64,000 bases of DNA. It comes from an uncultured Gemmatimonadales bacterium (GTDB lineage Bacteria; Gemmatimonadota; Gemmatimonadetes; Longimicrobiales; Gaopeijiaceae). The translations under genes and the position numbers were made by a program. Numbering within the stretch: the first letter of the stretch is position 1; every line of letters starts with the position of its first letter. The stretch is taken from contig CAWELD010000003.1 of the NCBI GenBank assembly GCA_963809895.1, positions 192,001 through 256,000 on the forward strand, in the 5' to 3' direction. The notes under the pieces are model-generated. The model saw nothing but the letters and a program-made list of their open reading frames with translations. It did not search any database and had not been told where the DNA came from. Shown in pieces: positions 8,419 through 18,500 of this stretch.

Positions 8419-9554
8419 CTAACTCTTCAGTACGGCGAGTAGCTCGCTTCCCACCGCTTCCACCTGCCAGTGCTTCATTCCAGGCACCTCTTCCAGGGCC
8501 GACGCGTCAGTCGGACCTCGCCGCGCGATCTCCAGGAGCATCGCGTTCGAGAGGAGGTTGCCGCGGTCGATGCCCAGCGCCGCGGCCCGGGCGTTGCGCA
8601 CTCCCTTGAGCCGGTCGGCCAGCTCTTCGACCTCGGGGGAGGGCGTCCGGGCCCGTTGCGTGGGGGGCGGGGATACGCCACCAACTCGTCGCGCGACAGG
8701 CGGTCCACCCGGGACAGCCGCTCGAGCAGTCCCGCTCCCCGCTCGCGGGCGAGCCGGCCGTTCATGCCCTTGAGCGAGGCCAGGTCGTTCACCGATGACG
8801 GGCGCCGCTCCGCGATCTCCATGAGCACCTGGTCCTGGGCCACCCGGAAGGCGGCCCGGTCCTGGTCCCGGGCGATCCCGTCGCGCCACGCCAGGGCCTC
8901 GCGCAGGGCGGTGACCTCGCGGGGTGCCAGATCGCGTGCACCCTTCACCCGGGTCACGGGATCTTCGTCCGGATCTTCCTCCCAGCGGATCTTCTCCAAC
9001 TCCTGGAACTCCTCGTGGGCCCACTCCATGCGGCCGGCGTCCTCCAACCGCTGCGTGAGGATCTCCACCAGCCGGTGGAGATAGCGCGTGTCGGAGGCCG
9101 CGTAGTCCAGCATCTCGTCCGGGAGCGGGCGGCGTGCCCAGTCGGCCCTCTGGTACTTCTTGGCGAGCCGTACGTCCAGGTGCCGTTCCAGGAGAGCCGC
9201 CAGGCCCAGGCCCGGCTCGCCGAGCAACGCTGCCGCGGCCTGGGTGTCGAACAGGCCCTTCAGATTGGTGTCCAGGTCCCGATCCAGCAGGCGCAGGTCG
9301 TAGTCGGCCCCGTGCATGAGGACGCGTACATCGGGATCCTCCAGGGTGTCGCGCAGGATCTCTGCGATGTCGAGCGCCAACGGATCCAGGATGTAGTCCG
9401 TGCCGTCCGTCGTGGTGAGTTGGACCAGGCAGAGGCGGTCGGTGTAGCGATGGAAGCCGGCGGCTTCGCAATCCAGCGCGATAGGATCACGCCGGGAGAG
9501 GGCTCGAGACAGGGGATCGACCTGCCTCGGGTCATCGATGAGAACGAACGACAT
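8419..9554 (-). CDS. rnd: Ribonuclease D family (DEDDy exonuclease + HRDC domains), split by a 1-nt frameshift near 8635-8639
   Basis: LDCEAAGF, HGADYD, DWARRPL and YAASD lie in one frame. The final HRDC (EVEELADRLKGVRNARAAALGI...VPGMKHWQ) lies in another frame after a 5-C run. Confidence 0.85.
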
Positions 9555-9688
9555 GCAGGGGGGAACTCCGGGATCGTCTGGATTGGTCGCGGGCCCGGCT
9601 CGGGGGGGCGTAGATCCACGACCGCCTGGGCCTTCTACGTGTGAAATGAAGAAAAGTTCCGAACCACAGTCCATTCGTCCGCACAATC

Positions 9689-11110
9689 ATGCTGCGAACC
9701 AAGATCGTCTGTACGCTCGGTCCCGCCAGCGCGTCTCAGGACGTGATCGACGGTCTCGTCCGGGGCGGGCTCAACATGGCCCGGATCAACATGTCCCACG
9801 GCAACGTCGAGCAGCATCGCTCGGTGGTGGAGCGGGTGCGCGACGCGTCACGGCGCGAGGGACGACCCGTTCCGATCCTCGTGGACCTGGCCGGGCCCAA
9901 GATCAGGGTGGGAGTGCTCAGCCAGGACGTGCCCCTGACCCGGGGGCAGGAGGTCGTGTTCGCGCCGGAAGGTCGCACTGGTCCGGATGAGATCCCCACG
10001 GCGTACGCCGGGCTCGCCGGAGATCTCCATCCCGGTGACCAGGTGCTGCTGGACGACGGGCTCATCGAGCTCCGCTGCACCGACACCGACGGCGAACGTG
10101 CCCGCTTCGAGGTGGTCCGCGGTGGCCTGCTGAAGAGCCGCAAGGGGATGAATCTGCCGGGCCTGGAGCTCAGCACGCCCTCCATGACGGAAAAGGACGA
10201 GCAGGATCTGGAGTTCGCGCTGGACATCGGCGCCGAATACGTGGGGCTCTCCTTCGTGCGGCGCCCGTCGGACGTCACGGGCCTGAAGTCCATGGTCCAA
10301 CGACGCGCACTGATCGTCGCAAAGATCGAGAAGGCCCAGGCGTTGGGGAGCATCGAAGCGATCCTCGCCGAGACCGACGCGGTCATGGTGGCCCGGGGAG
10401 ATCTCGGTGTGGAGCTGCCCTTCGAGCGGGTCCCTATGGCGCAGAAGCGGATCATCCATCTGGCCAACCGTTACGGCCGGCCGGTCATCACCGCTACCCA
10501 GATGCTGGAGTCCATGATCGAGCACTCGCGGCCCACGCGGGCGGAGGCCTCGGACGTGGCCAACGCCATTCTCGACGGGACGGACGCGGTCATGCTCTCC
10601 GGTGAGACGGCGGTGGGGAAGTACCCGCTGCAGGCGTTGGACGCCATCGTGCGCATCACCCGGGAGATCGAGGCCAGCGGCGTTCTGGAGAGTGGGCCGC
10701 GGGACGCCATCGATCACGTGGCGACGGACGAGCGTGGTGGCGCCACCATGCGGGAGCACGCGGTGGCCGCGGCGACCGTGGCGGCGTCCAGGGAGTTGAA
10801 GGCCCCTGCGCTCATCGTCATCACCCGCAGCGGCTTCTCCGCGCGCCTGGTCTCGAGCTATCGTCCTCCGGTGCCCATCTTCGCGGTCTGCACCGATCCC
10901 GCGACCTTCAGCCAACTGGCCGCGGTGTGGGGCGTGCGGCCGCTGCTGGCCCAGGAGGAGGAGGTCAGCTACGAGGCGCTGACGGAGTTCGGCAAGCGGG
11001 CCGTGCTCGAGACCGGGGTCGGCCGGTCGGGAGAGTCGGTGGTCGTGACCGCGGGATATCCCTTCCACACCTCGGGCACCACCAATACCATGCGGGTGGA
11101 GCAGTTGTGA
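9689..11110 (+). CDS. pyk: Pyruvate kinase
   Basis: RTKIVCTLGPAS, ARINMSHG, MVARGDLGVE, ATQMLESM and DAVMLSGETA. Confidence 0.97.
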   Translation: MLRTKIVCTLGPASASQDVIDGLVRGGLNMARINMSHGNVEQHRSVVERVRDASRREGRPVPILVDLAGPKIRVGVLSQDVPLTRGQEVVFAPEGRTGPDEIPTAYAGLAGDLHPGDQVLLDDGLIELRCTDTDGERARFEVVRGGLLKSRKGMNLPGLELSTPSMTEKDEQDLEFALDIGAEYVGLSFVRRPSDVTGLKSMVQRRALIVAKIEKAQALGSIEAILAETDAVMVARGDLGVELPFERVPMAQKRIIHLANRYGRPVITATQMLESMIEHSRPTRAEASDVANAILDGTDAVMLSGETAVGKYPLQALDAIVRITREIEASGVLESGPRDAIDHVATDERGGATMREHAVAAATVAASRELKAPALIVITRSGFSARLVSSYRPPVPIFAVCTDPATFSQLAAVWGVRPLLAQEEEVSYEALTEFGKRAVLETGVGRSGESVVVTAGYPFHTSGTTNTMRVEQL

Positions 11111-11132
11111 GAACGGTCCCGGGAGCCACCGC

Positions 11133-11909
11133 GTGCGTCTGACCTTTCTGGGCACCGGAACCTCGTTCGGGGTACCGGTCATCGGGTGCGATTGCCCGAC
11201 CTGCACTTCGTCGGATCCGCGAGATCGGCGGACCCGCAACGGCGCGCTGTTGGACCTTCCGGAGGGACGGCTGCTCGTCGACGCTCCCCCGGAGCTCCGG
11301 CTTCAGCTCCTGGACGCCGGTGTCGGGCGGGTGGATGCGGTGTGGATCACGCATCCGCATGCCGATCACGTGCACGGCCTCGACGATCTGCGCGTGTTCT
11401 CCTTACGGGGACGCGCACCGCTGCCCACCTACCTGGGCGAAGAGCACGTCGACGACATGGCGCGGCGCTTCCCGTACGTCTTCGATCCCACGACCCACGT
11501 GCCGCCCGGGACGAGCCGCCCGCAGCTCGACGTGCGCCCCTTCGACGGGACCGCCCCCGTCGAGGTGCTGGGCGCGTCGCTCACCCCGCTTGCCGTCCCC
11601 CACGGCCCCATGACGGTCTACGGGTTCCGCGTGGGCGGGCTGGGGTACGTTACCGACGGCAAGCGGCTGCCGCCCGAGGCGCTGGAGAGACTCGAGGGTG
11701 TGGAGGTGTTGGTGCTGAACGCGCTGTGGTGGGGTAGGCCTCATCCGACGCACTTCAATGTCGAAGAAGCCGTCGAGGCGGCGGAGCAGGTCGGTGCTCG
11801 CCAGACCTATCTGATCCACCTGACCCACCGGGTGCGGCACGCGGAGCTGGAAGCGCGCCTGCCCGCCGGGATTCGCCCGGCCTACGACGGCCTGAGCCTG
11901 GAGGTATAG
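11133..11909 (+). CDS. MBL-fold metallohydrolase (PhnP-like phosphodiesterase)
   Basis: FLGTGTS.GVP.IGCDCPTC and THPHADHVHGLDDLR. Confidence 0.88.
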   Translation: MRLTFLGTGTSFGVPVIGCDCPTCTSSDPRDRRTRNGALLDLPEGRLLVDAPPELRLQLLDAGVGRVDAVWITHPHADHVHGLDDLRVFSLRGRAPLPTYLGEEHVDDMARRFPYVFDPTTHVPPGTSRPQLDVRPFDGTAPVEVLGASLTPLAVPHGPMTVYGFRVGGLGYVTDGKRLPPEALERLEGVEVLVLNALWWGRPHPTHFNVEEAVEAAEQVGARQTYLIHLTHRVRHAELEARLPAGIRPAYDGLSLEV

Positions 11910-13298
11910 ATGTCCGAACGGCTTCCACTGCTGGACGTGAACGGAGCGCTGTCGCCGACGTTGGGCGGTGGGCTGGATCCCGAGCGCCTGGCCCCCGGGG
12001 GCGACCTCGCCGGGCGCTTCCGGGACGCGCTCGACCAGTTCGAGCGCCTGCGCGAGGCCGGCGACCTGGGCTTTCTCGATCTCCCCTTCGCCCGCGAGAC
12101 CAGCGGGCGCGTCCAGGAACTGGCCGACGGCTTCGGTCAGTGGTTCGAGGACGTGGTGGTCCTGGGCATCGGTGGGTCGGGTCTGGGGGCGGTCATGCTC
12201 CGCGACGCCCTGGCGGGGCCCGACTGGAACGTCCGCTCCGACGAGGATCGCGGGTATTTCCCGCGTCTCCACATCCTGGACAACCCGGACCCCGACACGG
12301 TCAACGGACTGCTGGGACGGCTGGACGCCCGCCGCACGCTCTTCAACGTCGTGAGCAAGTCCGGCTCGACGGCGGAGACGGTCGCGCTGTATCAGGTGGC
12401 GCGTGGACGGGTGGCCGAGGCCGTGGAGCCGGACAAGGTGCGCGGCCATTTCCTGTTCACGACGGACCCCGACCGGGGGCCGCTGCGGGAGCTCGCCAAC
12501 GCCGAGGACATTCCCACGCTGCCGGTGCCGGCCAACGTCGGAGGCCGGTATTCGGTGCTGTCGCCGGTGGGGCTGCTGCCAGCGGCGGTGGCGGGCCTCG
12601 ACATCGAGTCGCTCCTCGATGGCGCCGCGGCCATGGAGCCCCGCTGTCGCGAGGCGGAGCTGCGCCGCAATCCGGCCGGGCTCCTGGCGATCATCCTTCA
12701 CGAGCTTCACACGGGCTCGGGAAAGGGGATCCACGTGCTCATGCCCTACTCGGATCGCCTGCGCACGTTGGGCTTCTGGTTCCAGCAGCTGTGGGCCGAG
12801 TCGCTGGGCAAGCGGCGGGGCGAGGCCTTCGTGGGCCCGACGCCGCTCCCGGCCGTGGGCGCATCGGACCAGCACGCCCAGGTCCAGCTCTTCATGGAGG
12901 GACCGCCGGACAAGGTCGTGGTTTTCGTCCGCGCCGAGCTCGGCGGCGATCCGGTGGCGATTCCGCGTGTCCACCCCGAGGTGGAGGCCCTGGACTACCT
13001 CGCCGGCCACACCCTGGCCGAGCTCCTCGAGGCAGAACGGCGGGCGACGGCGGAGGCGCTACGTCAGGCGGAGCGCCCCACCATGACCATCGACATGGGC
13101 CCCCTGGACGCGCGCTCTCTGGGGGCCGTGGTCATGCTGCTCGAGACCGCCACCGTGCTGGCGGGGGCGCTCTACGGAGTGGACCCTCTGAACCAGCCCG
13201 GGGTCGAACTCGGCAAGCGCCTGACCTACGGACTCATGGGCCGGAAGGGACACGACGCGCCCGAGCTGGTGGAGGGTGACGCCCGCTGGCGCGTATGA
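11910..13298 (+). CDS. pgi: Glucose-6-phosphate isomerase
   Basis: GIGGSGLG, SKSGSTAET, VGGRYSVLS, QLWAESLGK and NQPGVELGK. Confidence 0.95.
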   Translation: MSERLPLLDVNGALSPTLGGGLDPERLAPGGDLAGRFRDALDQFERLREAGDLGFLDLPFARETSGRVQELADGFGQWFEDVVVLGIGGSGLGAVMLRDALAGPDWNVRSDEDRGYFPRLHILDNPDPDTVNGLLGRLDARRTLFNVVSKSGSTAETVALYQVARGRVAEAVEPDKVRGHFLFTTDPDRGPLRELANAEDIPTLPVPANVGGRYSVLSPVGLLPAAVAGLDIESLLDGAAAMEPRCREAELRRNPAGLLAIILHELHTGSGKGIHVLMPYSDRLRTLGFWFQQLWAESLGKRRGEAFVGPTPLPAVGASDQHAQVQLFMEGPPDKVVVFVRAELGGDPVAIPRVHPEVEALDYLAGHTLAELLEAERRATAEALRQAERPTMTIDMGPLDARSLGAVVMLLETATVLAGALYGVDPLNQPGVELGKRLTYGLMGRKGHDAPELVEGDARWRV

Positions 13299-13383
13299 GC
13301 GACAAACCGATATTTTTCGTGCACCAGGACGCAAGCTCGGCGGAAGGTTCGCCAGACCCTTCCGCCCTACGCCAGGAGGATCC

Positions 13384-13827
13384 ATGCGGGATCACGACGA
13401 CGTACCCTACATCGTCATCGAGAAGGACCGAGGCAGTGGCCTGGGATCATTCGTTCTGGGAGCGCTGGTGGGCGCCGGATTGGCCCTCCTGTTCGCGCCC
13501 CAGACCGGCGAGGAGACCCAGCAGGAGATCCGTGACCGCGCCCGGAAGATCCGCGATGCGGCCGAAGATCGTGTGCGAGACGCACAGCGCCAACTCGAAG
13601 CGCGCCTCGACCAGGCTCGCGAGGGCGTGCAGTCGCGTGTGACCCACGTGAAGGACGCGGTGGAGGCGGGCCGCCAGGCCGCTCGGGACGCGCGCGACGA
13701 CCTCGAGACCAGACTCGATCGGTCCAAGGCCGCCTATCGCGCCGGCATCGAAGCCGCCCGCGAGGCGGCGAAGGAAGCCAAGGAGGCCGAGGTCGAGGTG
13801 GAGGTCGAGGAAGAGGCCTCGGACTGA
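13384..13827 (+). CDS. YtxH domain protein
   Basis: AGGAGG SD; FVLGALVGAGLALLFAPQTGEET followed by a coiled coil. Confidence 0.88.
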   Translation: MRDHDDVPYIVIEKDRGSGLGSFVLGALVGAGLALLFAPQTGEETQQEIRDRARKIRDAAEDRVRDAQRQLEARLDQAREGVQSRVTHVKDAVEAGRQAARDARDDLETRLDRSKAAYRAGIEAAREAAKEAKEAEVEVEVEEEASD

Positions 13828-13846
13828 CGCCGACGCCACCGCTCCG

Positions 13847-14821
13847 GTGGAAGTCGACACCTCTCCCCCGAAACCCCAGACTCCCCGTCGGTCCGCCGGG
13901 GAGGCCGCGCCCGTGCGGGCCGGCTCCCGGCGTCATCGTGCCTTGGAGTTCCTGCGGCGCGTGTTCGCCAAGGCCGAAGAGGACTCCATCTTCTTCATGG
14001 CCGGGGCGATCTCGTTCAACGTCCTGGTCGCGTTCGTACCCCTGCTGCTCTTCGCCGTCGGCGTGTCGGGCATGGTCCTGTCGGCCCGCTTCGGCGATCC
14101 CAGCGCCGCGATCCTGGACCTGCTGCAGCGGGCCCTTCCGGCCATCCGCGGTGAGGTGGACCTCGCGGACACCGTGCGACAGCAGATCTCGGGCCTCCTG
14201 GATCAACGCAGGGGCTTCACCCTGGTGGGTGCGTTCCTGCTGGTGTGGTTCTCCACCCGCCTGGTCGGCACGCTACGCACCGCCCTGAAAGAGGTGTTCG
14301 ACATCTCGCAGGACCGGGGAATCGTGCGGGGCAAGGTCTTCGACATCCAGGTCGTGCTCGTCGGCGGTGTGCTCTTCCTGCTCAACCTGGGGGTGACGGC
14401 GGTGGTGCGGGGCGCCCAGGAGTTCGGCGTCCAGGCGCTGGGCCTCGAGGGTCGAGCCCTGGGCTTCGTGCAGACCGCCTCGGCCCAGGCGCTGGCATTC
14501 CTCTCCATCTGGGTGCTGTTCCTGGGGATCTACCGGTATCTGCCGGCGCGGCGCCTGCCCTGGAAGCCGGCGCTGATCGCGGCCACCTTCACCTCCGTGC
14601 TGCACGAGCTCCTGAAGGAGGGGTTCGGCTGGTACGTGAGCGACGTGGCGAACTACCGGACCACGTACGGGAATCTCATCACGTTGGCCATCCTGTTTTT
14701 TTGGATCTATTACGAGGCGATCGGGTTTATCTTGGGAGGAGAGGTGGCACAGGTCTGGTCCATGCGACGGGCGCGGCGCCGGCACACGCGCGACGCCCTC
14801 TTCGGAGGCGATGGAGGCTGA
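13847..14821 (+). CDS. YihY/BrkB family membrane protein
   Basis: About 6 TM segments; AGAISF...PLLL, IYRYLP and YG.L....ILFFWIYY...GGE. Start position uncertain. Confidence 0.85.
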   Translation: MEVDTSPPKPQTPRRSAGEAAPVRAGSRRHRALEFLRRVFAKAEEDSIFFMAGAISFNVLVAFVPLLLFAVGVSGMVLSARFGDPSAAILDLLQRALPAIRGEVDLADTVRQQISGLLDQRRGFTLVGAFLLVWFSTRLVGTLRTALKEVFDISQDRGIVRGKVFDIQVVLVGGVLFLLNLGVTAVVRGAQEFGVQALGLEGRALGFVQTASAQALAFLSIWVLFLGIYRYLPARRLPWKPALIAATFTSVLHELLKEGFGWYVSDVANYRTTYGNLITLAILFFWIYYEAIGFILGGEVAQVWSMRRARRRHTRDALFGGDGG

Positions 14822-15462
14822 TGGCGATTCCCGAAATGCGACGTGCGCCCGGCGTTTCAGCCGTGGGCGCGGCCCTGCTTCTGGCAGCGCTCGCGCCCGG
14901 GTCTCTGCATGCGCAGGGCGTGATGGAGCTCAACGGTACCGAGACGGTCTATCAGGACCGCATCATGGAGCGCGAGGTCTCGGCCGACGCGCCCCTGGTT
15001 CGCGAGAGCGGCCGCTACGTGGTGGTGCACCTGGCGGAGAACCGGGTCTTCGTCTTCGACGGCGAGGACGCCGTGTGGTCCGCTCCGGCCGGCACCGGCA
15101 ACGGCTTCCGTCTGGAGCGCGGGCAGCATCGCTGGAAGTTCACCACCCCCCGTGGCCTCTTCAAGATCAAGCGCATGGAGAAGGACCCGGTGTGGGAGGC
15201 TCCCGACTGGCACTACGTCGAGAAGGGGCTGCCGGTGCCTCCCTACGACAGCCCTTCGCGACGCATCCGTGGAGCCATGGGAACGAGCGCCATCTATCTG
15301 GGCGACGGCATCGCGATCCACGGGACCGAGCTCCCTCAGCTCATCCTGAACCCCGATCCCGAGGCTCGCCGGGTCTCTCACGGGTGCATTCGCCTCACCA
15401 ACGAAGCCGCCCGGGAGCTCATGCATCTGGTGGACGTGGGCACGCCCGTCCTGATCTACTGA
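14821..15462 (+). CDS. L,D-transpeptidase (YkuD family)
   Basis: Signal peptide; TPRG, IAIHGT and SHGCIRL. Confidence 0.9.
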   Translation: MAIPEMRRAPGVSAVGAALLLAALAPGSLHAQGVMELNGTETVYQDRIMEREVSADAPLVRESGRYVVVHLAENRVFVFDGEDAVWSAPAGTGNGFRLERGQHRWKFTTPRGLFKIKRMEKDPVWEAPDWHYVEKGLPVPPYDSPSRRIRGAMGTSAIYLGDGIAIHGTELPQLILNPDPEARRVSHGCIRLTNEAARELMHLVDVGTPVLIY

Positions 15463-15466
15463 GCCG

Positions 15467-15931
15467 ATGGCCGAGTCCAGCGGACGTCGCGTTGTGGCGA
15501 CCAACCGCAAGGCCCGACACGAATACGAGGTCCTCGAGACCCTGGAGGCGGGCATCGTCCTCAGAGGGCCCGAGGTCAAGTCGGTGCGCGACGGGAAGAT
15601 CGGGTTCCAGGACGCCTTCGCCCGGGTGGACGGCGGCGAGGTGTGGCTGCACAGCCTCCACATCAATCCCTACGAGCAGGCCAATCGCTACAACCAGGAT
15701 CCCCTGAGGACGCGAAAGCTGCTCCTGCACAGCCACGAGATTCGGCGTCTGGTGGGCAAGGTGGAGGAGAAGGGACTCACGCTCATCCCCCTGGAGATCT
15801 ACTTCGTGCGTGGCCACGCCAAGGTCCTGCTGGGGCTGGCTCGAGGCCGCAAGCTCCACGACAAGCGAGAGAAGCTCAAGCGGCAGACCCAGGAACGGGA
15901 GGCGCGGCGAGCCATGGAACGGCACGGATGA
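15467..15931 (+). CDS. smpB: SsrA-binding protein
   Basis: NRKARHEY, EAGIVL.G.EVKS, RKLLLH and ARGRKLHDKRE. Confidence 0.97.
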   Translation: MAESSGRRVVATNRKARHEYEVLETLEAGIVLRGPEVKSVRDGKIGFQDAFARVDGGEVWLHSLHINPYEQANRYNQDPLRTRKLLLHSHEIRRLVGKVEEKGLTLIPLEIYFVRGHAKVLLGLARGRKLHDKREKLKRQTQEREARRAMERHG

Positions 15932-17094
15932 GACGGGGCCTGGTGCTGCTGCTGGCCACCTTGTTGGCCCCGACGGTTGCCCGGGCCCAGGAGTCGCTGA
16001 GCCTGGAGGTGGCCGGCGGGCAGCCGTCGCCGGTGTCGCTGTTCCGGGACCGGGGCTACGCGGCGTTCCCTGCCTCCGCCCTGACCCGGCTCGGCTGGAC
16101 CGTCTCCCGGGAAGACGACGGATGGTGGATCGAGTTGCCGGGTCACGCCCGCATCGTCGCCCGCCCCGGCTCGCCCTTCCTCCGCTGGGGCGACAGCACC
16201 CTGGTTCAGCTCACCCAGGCTCCCTACGTCGAAGACGATGAGCTGCGGGTGCCGTTGCAGCTCGCCACCGACGTGCTCCCCGATCGGCTCCCGGCGTTGT
16301 TCGTCGCGCCCGACGCGCTGCATCTGCGCCGGATCGGCGACATCCCGAGCTCGCTCCGTCCGGCGCCCATGCGGCGGGTGGTCGTGATCGATCCGGGGCA
16401 CGGCGGCGAGGACCCGGGCGCCATGGGACCCCGCGGCACGCGCGAGAAGGACGTGGCGCTCGCGCTGGGCACGGCACTCGCCGAAGAGCTGAAGAAGCAC
16501 CCCGAGCTCGAGGTCCATCTCACCAGGGATTCCGACGTGCTGGTCCCTCTCTGGCAGCGCGGTGAGATGGCCACGCGCTGGAAGGGCGACGGCGCCGGCA
16601 TCTTCATCTCCATCCACGCGAACGCGCTGCCGTCCAGATCCGTCCGCGGCGTGGAGACCTATTTCCTCTCGGAGGCGCGCACCGATCACGAACGTCGGGT
16701 CGCGGCCCTCGAGAACGCACCGCTGGCCCTGGAGAGGGGACCCTCAGGCCCGGCCGCAGGGGATCCGGATCTCGACTTCATCATCAACGAGCTCCGTAAC
16801 AGCGACAGCCAGCACTGGTCGGCGGAGTTGGCCGAGCTGGTGCAGACGGACCTCGCCCGGGTACACCCGGGGCCGGACCGGGGAGTCAAACAAGCTCCGT
16901 TCGCCGTGATCACCAACGCCATCATGCCTGCCGTCCTCGTGGAGACGGGCTTCATCACCAATCCGCAGGAAGAGCGCGCCCTGGGCGACACCACCTTCCA
17001 GAAGAAGGCGGCCGGCGCCATCGCTCGGGCGGTGGTGGAGTTCTTCGAGCGCTATCCCCCGGGGCAGGCCGAGACCTCCCGGGGGGGACGGTGA
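15928..17094 (+). CDS. N-acetylmuramoyl-L-alanine amidase (Amidase_3)
   Basis: Signal peptide; IDPGHGG.DPGA, EKD, SIHANA and PAVLVETGFITN. Confidence 0.92.
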   Translation: MRRGLVLLLATLLAPTVARAQESLSLEVAGGQPSPVSLFRDRGYAAFPASALTRLGWTVSREDDGWWIELPGHARIVARPGSPFLRWGDSTLVQLTQAPYVEDDELRVPLQLATDVLPDRLPALFVAPDALHLRRIGDIPSSLRPAPMRRVVVIDPGHGGEDPGAMGPRGTREKDVALALGTALAEELKKHPELEVHLTRDSDVLVPLWQRGEMATRWKGDGAGIFISIHANALPSRSVRGVETYFLSEARTDHERRVAALENAPLALERGPSGPAAGDPDLDFIINELRNSDSQHWSAELAELVQTDLARVHPGPDRGVKQAPFAVITNAIMPAVLVETGFITNPQEERALGDTTFQKKAAGAIARAVVEFFERYPPGQAETSRGGR

Positions 17095-18500
17095 CGAGGC
17101 GGGCGCGAACCCTCCTCCTGTGCGTGCCGCTGCTGGCGGGATGCGTCTACTTCAACGCGCTCTACAACGCACGCGAGCGCCTCGCGGACGGTGAGCGGGC
17201 CCGCCAGGCGGGTCGCGCGGACGAAGCCCGGGCCGCCTACGACGATGCGGTGCGCAAGGCCGCGCGCAGCTACCGCAAGGAACCCGACGGGCGCTGGGCG
17301 GACGACGCACTCTACGTGCTCGGTCGCGCGTATCTGCGACAGGGCCGCCTGGTGGAGGCGCGGGACGCCCTGGCCGAGGCCGTGCGCATCACGGACGACG
17401 ACAACGTGCGCGAAGGCGCGTCGCTCTACCTGGGCGCGGCCCTCTCACTCACCGGCGAGCCGGCTCGGGGCCTGCGGCTTCTGAACGAGGCCATCCGGAA
17501 CCTTCCCGCGGGGCCGCTCCGGGCGGAGGGACACTACTGGCGGGCCCGCTTGCTCCTGACCCAGGGGATGGCCGATCAGGGCTGGTGGGACCTGGACCGC
17601 GCCGCCGAAGAGGATCCTTCGCTGGGCGTGCCCGCCCACCTGGAGCGGCTCCAGTGGGGCGTTCTGCGCGACGATCCCGTGCGTGCCGCCGAGGGGGCCG
17701 CGGCGCTGTTGGCGCTCCCCCAGGGTGCGGCACGGGTCGATTCCCTGGGGGCGCTGGTGCGTCAGGCGGAACGTCGCTGGGGCCCCGGTCCCGCCGCCGA
17801 GCTGTTGGCGCCGGCCCGGGGTGGGAGCTGGCCGCCGGTCCCGCGGGGCGAGGTGCTGTTCCTGCGGGCCCGGCTGCTGGCCGAGGCCGGCGACACGCTG
17901 GCGGCGGAATCCGAGGCCGGATGGGTCGCGGGAGGCGTGGGAGACGCGGCGGTGGACGCCCGCCTGCTGCTGGCGCGCATCCGGATTCGACGAGCCGCGG
18001 TGGTGGGGGACCTCGGCTCTGCCAGAACCGTTCTCCTTCCCGCCGCCGGTCAGGCCGAGGTGCGGGCCCTGGCCGAGGAGATCCGGACCGTGGAGCTACT
18101 GTGCGAGTGGGCCGTCGAGACACCGGAGGCGTATTTCGCCGCCGCCGAGCTGGCGCGGGACGCCCTGGGTGCGCCGGTCCTGGCGCGGCACCTGTTCCTG
18201 GCCTATGCCGACGCGGCGCCCCGCGGGCCGTGGACCGGCAAGGCGTTGCTCGCGGCACTGGCGCTGCAGGGCCCGTCCGACGAGGATGTTGCGATCCGGG
18301 GTCGGCTGGCGCGCGTGCCCGGCGATCCCTACGTCCGCGAATCCAGGAACGGATTCTCCGCCGCCGGCGGGTCCTCGCCGCTGGGACGTCTCGAGCGGGA
18401 CCTGGCGGCCCGGGTCGAGACGCTGGTGGGGCGCGCGCGAGCGGAGGCCCGCCGCAGAGACGTGCAGCTACGGGGTGACACCGTTCCAGGCCGTCGGTGA
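17091..18500 (+). CDS. TPR-containing lipoprotein
   Basis: Lipobox LAGC followed by YFNALYNA; TPR-like helices (WADDALYVLGRAY); overlaps both neighbours by 4 nt. Confidence 0.75.
   Translation: MTRRARTLLLCVPLLAGCVYFNALYNARERLADGERARQAGRADEARAAYDDAVRKAARSYRKEPDGRWADDALYVLGRAYLRQGRLVEARDALAEAVRITDDDNVREGASLYLGAALSLTGEPARGLRLLNEAIRNLPAGPLRAEGHYWRARLLLTQGMADQGWWDLDRAAEEDPSLGVPAHLERLQWGVLRDDPVRAAEGAAALLALPQGAARVDSLGALVRQAERRWGPGPAAELLAPARGGSWPPVPRGEVLFLRARLLAEAGDTLAAESEAGWVAGGVGDAAVDARLLLARIRIRRAAVVGDLGSARTVLLPAAGQAEVRALAEEIRTVELLCEWAVETPEAYFAAAELARDALGAPVLARHLFLAYADAAPRGPWTGKALLAALALQGPSDEDVAIRGRLARVPGDPYVRESRNGFSAAGGSSPLGRLERDLAARVETLVGRARAEARRRDVQLRGDTVPGRR

Noticed and set aside
9639..9660. 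TGTGA CRP/Rex-like site in the rnd-pyk divergent region
   Set aside because: Half-site only; there is no matching TCACA.
15467..15931. tmRNA gene near smpB
   Set aside because: The flanks are fully coding and no tRNA-like ssrA ends were seen.
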